A stretch of DNA of 62,320 nt, filler included. It is 4 parts of 4 records of this genome, joined end to end, with 100 filler letters (N's around TTAATTAATTAA, not from the genome) between each part and the next. Parts side by side here need not be neighbours in the genome. Positions count along the whole stretch, not along the records: positions 51,632 to 62,320 come from DRR723986_11685; 3 more parts are not named here. One strand, 5' to 3'. Made by a program: the position numbers and the translations under genes. Shown one piece after another: positions 59,912 to 62,320 of the stretch (positions are counted from its first letter, which is position 1; the number at the start of each line of letters is the position of its first letter). A model generated the notes under the pieces. The model was not told the origin of the DNA. It saw only the letters and a list, made by a program, of their open reading frames with translations, and did not search any database.

Positions 59912-60718
59912 ATGCCTAAACCTCTCAAGATCGTCAGCTGGAACATCAACTCGGTTCGCCTGCGCGCCCCGAACATAGAAGCCTTCGTTGCGCAGGAAAA
60001 TCCAGATGTGATCTGCCTTCAGGAGACCAAGTGCCAGGACGGGGAATTCCCGGTAAAGGCCTTCAACGAGATGGGTCTGAAGCATCTGGTCCTGAAAGGC
60101 CAAAAGGGCGGGCACCATGGTGTCGCCATTGCCTCGCGCCTGCCGCTGGAGCGGATCGAGGCGCCGGACCTTTGCCGCGAAGGCCATTCGCGCGTGATCG
60201 CCGCGAAAATCGCGGGCATCGAGATCCACAATATCTACCTGCCCGCCGGCGGGGACGAGCCGGACCCGGCGAAGAACGACAAGTTCGCCCACAAGCTCGA
60301 CTTCCTCGAAAAGCTCGGGCCCGCCTACAAGAAGCAAACCAAGACGCCGCGTGTGCTGGTGGGCGACCTCAATGTCGCGCCGCATGAGAACGATGTCTGG
60401 TCACACAAACAATTACTGAAGATCGTCTCCCACACACCGGGAGAGACCGAGCGGCTGGAAGATTCACGCAACATGGCGAAGTTTGCAGACATCGCCCGCC
60501 TCGCCGTGCCGGACGATCAGAAGCTATACACCTGGTGGAGCTATCGCGCGAAAGACTGGGCGGCCTCGAACCGCGGACGTCGCCTGGATCACATCTGGAT
60601 CAATCCCGCGGGCCTGCCGGATACGCTGGTCGACAGCTACAGGATCCATCTCGGCTGGCGCGGCGGATGGAAACCGTCAGACCACGCACCGGTCAGTGTG
60701 CAAATCAACGCAGGCTAA
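59912..60718 (+). CDS. xth: Exodeoxyribonuclease III
   Basis: SWNINS, LQETK, GDLNVA, YTWWSYR, RLDHIW and SDHAPV motifs; ATG at 59912. Confidence 0.95.
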   Translation: MPKPLKIVSWNINSVRLRAPNIEAFVAQENPDVICLQETKCQDGEFPVKAFNEMGLKHLVLKGQKGGHHGVAIASRLPLERIEAPDLCREGHSRVIAAKIAGIEIHNIYLPAGGDEPDPAKNDKFAHKLDFLEKLGPAYKKQTKTPRVLVGDLNVAPHENDVWSHKQLLKIVSHTPGETERLEDSRNMAKFADIARLAVPDDQKLYTWWSYRAKDWAASNRGRRLDHIWINPAGLPDTLVDSYRIHLGWRGGWKPSDHAPVSVQINAG

Positions 60719-60738
60719 ATTTTTAGCGGTCCGGACGA

Positions 60739-61425
60739 TCACGGCTGCAGACGATAGCCGCCGGCATCGGTCAGCAGCAGGCGGGCGTGGGCCGGATCCG
60801 GCTCGACCTTCTGGCGCAGGCGATAGATGTGCGTTTCGAGCGTGTGCGTCGTGACGGCAGCATTGTAGCCCCAGACTTCCGCCAAAAGTTCATCCCGCGC
60901 CACCGGCTTGCCGCCGGCCCGGTAGAGATATTTCAGGATGTTCGTCTCTTTTTCCGTCAGGCGGATCTTCTTGTCCTCATCGGTCACCAGCAGCTTCATC
61001 GCCGGTCGGAACTCATACGGGCCGACCTTGAATGTGGCGTCCTCGGACTGTTCGAAACTGCGCAGGTGCGCACGGACGCGGGCAAGCAGGACGGAGAATT
61101 TGAACGGCTTGGTCACGTAATCGTTCGCGCCGGACTCAAGACCGAGGATTGTGTCGGCATCGCCATCCTGACCCGTCAGCATGATCACCGGGGCGCGCAC
61201 GCCTTTCTGCCGCATGATCTTGCAGGCTTCACGGCCATCCATGTCCGGCATGTCGACGTCCAGCAGGACCAGATCGATGCGCTGGCTGGTCGCGGCTTCG
61301 ATCCCCTCGTTCGCATTAGCGGCCTGAAGGGTTTCGAAACTGTCGTGCAGCTCGAACTGTTCGGCCAGCGCTTCGCGCAGGTCTTCATCATCGTCCACCA
61401 GAAGGACCGTTTTCTTGGCAGCCAT
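60739..61425 (-). CDS. cenR: OmpR-family response regulator, CenR orthologue
   Basis: Receiver domain (VDDD, LLDVDMPD, KPF) and LTEKE...EVWGYN..VTTHTLETHIYRLRQK, typical of CenR; xth/L,D-transpeptidase/yggS context. Confidence 0.85.
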   Translation of the reverse strand: MAAKKTVLLVDDDEDLREALAEQFELHDSFETLQAANANEGIEAATSQRIDLVLLDVDMPDMDGREACKIMRQKGVRAPVIMLTGQDGDADTILGLESGANDYVTKPFKFSVLLARVRAHLRSFEQSEDATFKVGPYEFRPAMKLLVTDEDKKIRLTEKETNILKYLYRAGGKPVARDELLAEVWGYNAAVTTHTLETHIYRLRQKVEPDPAHARLLLTDAGGYRLQP

Positions 61426-61524
61426 GCGACTCTCCTGTTCCGAGTGAGTGCTGCTTCTATCCATATCGCATCACGATGCCATATGAATGTAACGCACGAA
61501 CGATCACAAGAGCGGGAGGATTCC

Positions 61525-62034
61525 GTGAGCGTGGATTTCATAGCCTATGCAGACGGACGTTTCCTTCTGGCCGGACGGGAAACCCGGTGCTCGGTCGGGC
61601 GTAGCGGCGTCATCGCCGGGAACGACAAGCGAGAAGGTGACGGCTTTTCACCTGCGGGCACTTGGCCGATGCGGCGCGTGTTCTACAGACCGGACCGGCT
61701 GGACGCCCCGAAAACCCTGTTGCCGCTCGTACCGCTCACCCCGGAAGACGGCTGGTGCGACGCGCCGGATGACCCGCTCTACAATCGCTGGGTCAAACTG
61801 CCCTACGTCGCCAGCCACGAGAATCTCTGGCTGGAAGACCATGTCTACGATGTGATTGTTGAACTCGGATACAATGACGATCCGCCGGTTCCGCCGCTGG
61901 GCAGCGCCATCTTCCTGCATCTTGCCCGGCCGGACTGGGGCCCGACGGCGGGCTGTGTGGCCGTGACGCTGGAAGACATGCTCGAAATCCTGCGCCTGTC
62001 GGCGCGCGGGTCCGAGATCGAGATCCAGCTCTAG
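61525..62034 (+). CDS. L,D-transpeptidase (YkuD) family protein
   Basis: KREGDGFSPAG, WCD and GSAIFLH...PTAGCVA catalytic His/Cys; GTG at 61525 after GGGAGG. Confidence 0.92.
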   Translation: MSVDFIAYADGRFLLAGRETRCSVGRSGVIAGNDKREGDGFSPAGTWPMRRVFYRPDRLDAPKTLLPLVPLTPEDGWCDAPDDPLYNRWVKLPYVASHENLWLEDHVYDVIVELGYNDDPPVPPLGSAIFLHLARPDWGPTAGCVAVTLEDMLEILRLSARGSEIEIQL

Positions 62035-62040
62035 ATCAGG

Positions 62041-62320
62041 TTAATCCCGCGGACCGAACAGGGCCGAGCCGACGCGTACATGGGTGGAACCGAACCGCGC
62101 GGCCGTCACATAATCAGAACTCATACCCATGGAGAGGGTCGGCAAACCCACTTCCTTCGCCAGCTTGGCGAGCAGGGCGAAGTGCGGCCCGGCCGGCTCA
62201 TCCACTGGCGGGATGCACATGAGACCCTGCACATCGAGACCCCTCTCACGCGCATACTGTAGCAGCTGCTTCAAGTCCGACGGCGCGACCCCGGCCTTTT
62301 GCGGCTCTTCGCCGGTGTTC
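62041..62320 (-). CDS. yggS: YggS/PLP homeostasis protein, C-terminal part (5' truncated by window end)
   Basis: GLMCIPP, LSMGMSSDY and STHVRVGSALFG motifs. Confidence 0.95.
   Translation of the reverse strand, partial: NTGEEPQKAGVAPSDLKQLLQYARERGLDVQGLMCIPPVDEPAGPHFALLAKLAKEVGLPTLSMGMSSDYVTAARFGSTHVRVGSALFGPRD

Noticed and set aside
60787..61524. Long N-terminal extension of the L,D-transpeptidase ORF (similarly 25951-26349 for the VOC protein and 59705-59911 for xth)
   Set aside because: The extensions overlap a real opposite-strand gene or structured intergenic DNA, and downstream starts match the family N-termini.
61426..61524. CAC/TCAC direct repeats upstream of cenR as an autoregulatory site
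   Set aside because: The repeats are short and the 10-bp period is not convincing without a PWM scan.
1..62320. CRISPR arrays, tRNA/rRNA genes, transposases, integrases, prophage or recognisable defence genes
   Set aside because: No regularly spaced repeats or diagnostic motifs were seen by eye; short or degenerate elements could have been missed.

Overview
The window is not one locus. It is four unrelated alphaproteobacterial contigs joined by artificial 100-bp N/TTAATTAATTAA linkers (16337-16436, 37865-37964, 51532-51631). Contig A (1-16336, Roseobacter-group-like): fatty-acid beta-oxidation cluster, a degenerate stand-alone Hint-domain protein, a sulfotransferase, a DMT transporter, a SPOR protein and the cdd-deoA-deoB-add-upp nucleoside salvage operon. 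Contig B (16437-37864, Roseibium/Labrenzia-like, more accessory): CoA-transferase plus TPP enzyme, TetR/DUF4336 and HxlR/VOC pairs, a bgsBA-like (HlyD plus GT2 glucan synthase) locus facing an output-less Cache-HAMP sensor, panCB, ada, an orf-exbB-exbD-exbD-tonB operon with a RirA-type box, an Fe-ADH and an ORFan flanked by palindromes. Contig C (37965-51531, more AT-rich, Kordiimonas-like): trhO, bfr/bfd with Fur-type boxes, a GT4 plus membrane protein, slyX, a divergent amidase-fold protein plus secreted cupin, and a membrane-anchored LytTR regulator facing a serine hydrolase. Contig D (51632-62320, Hyphomonas-like core genome): ftsK, amtB, ubiH-like, cnoX, lolA, xth, cenR, an L,D-transpeptidase, yggS and a candidate sRNA with C-rich loops. 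Taxonomic labels are inferences from gene order and composition. No CRISPR array, rRNA, tRNA, transposase or phage gene was seen. Many start codons were moved from the ORF track using RBS and family N-termini.
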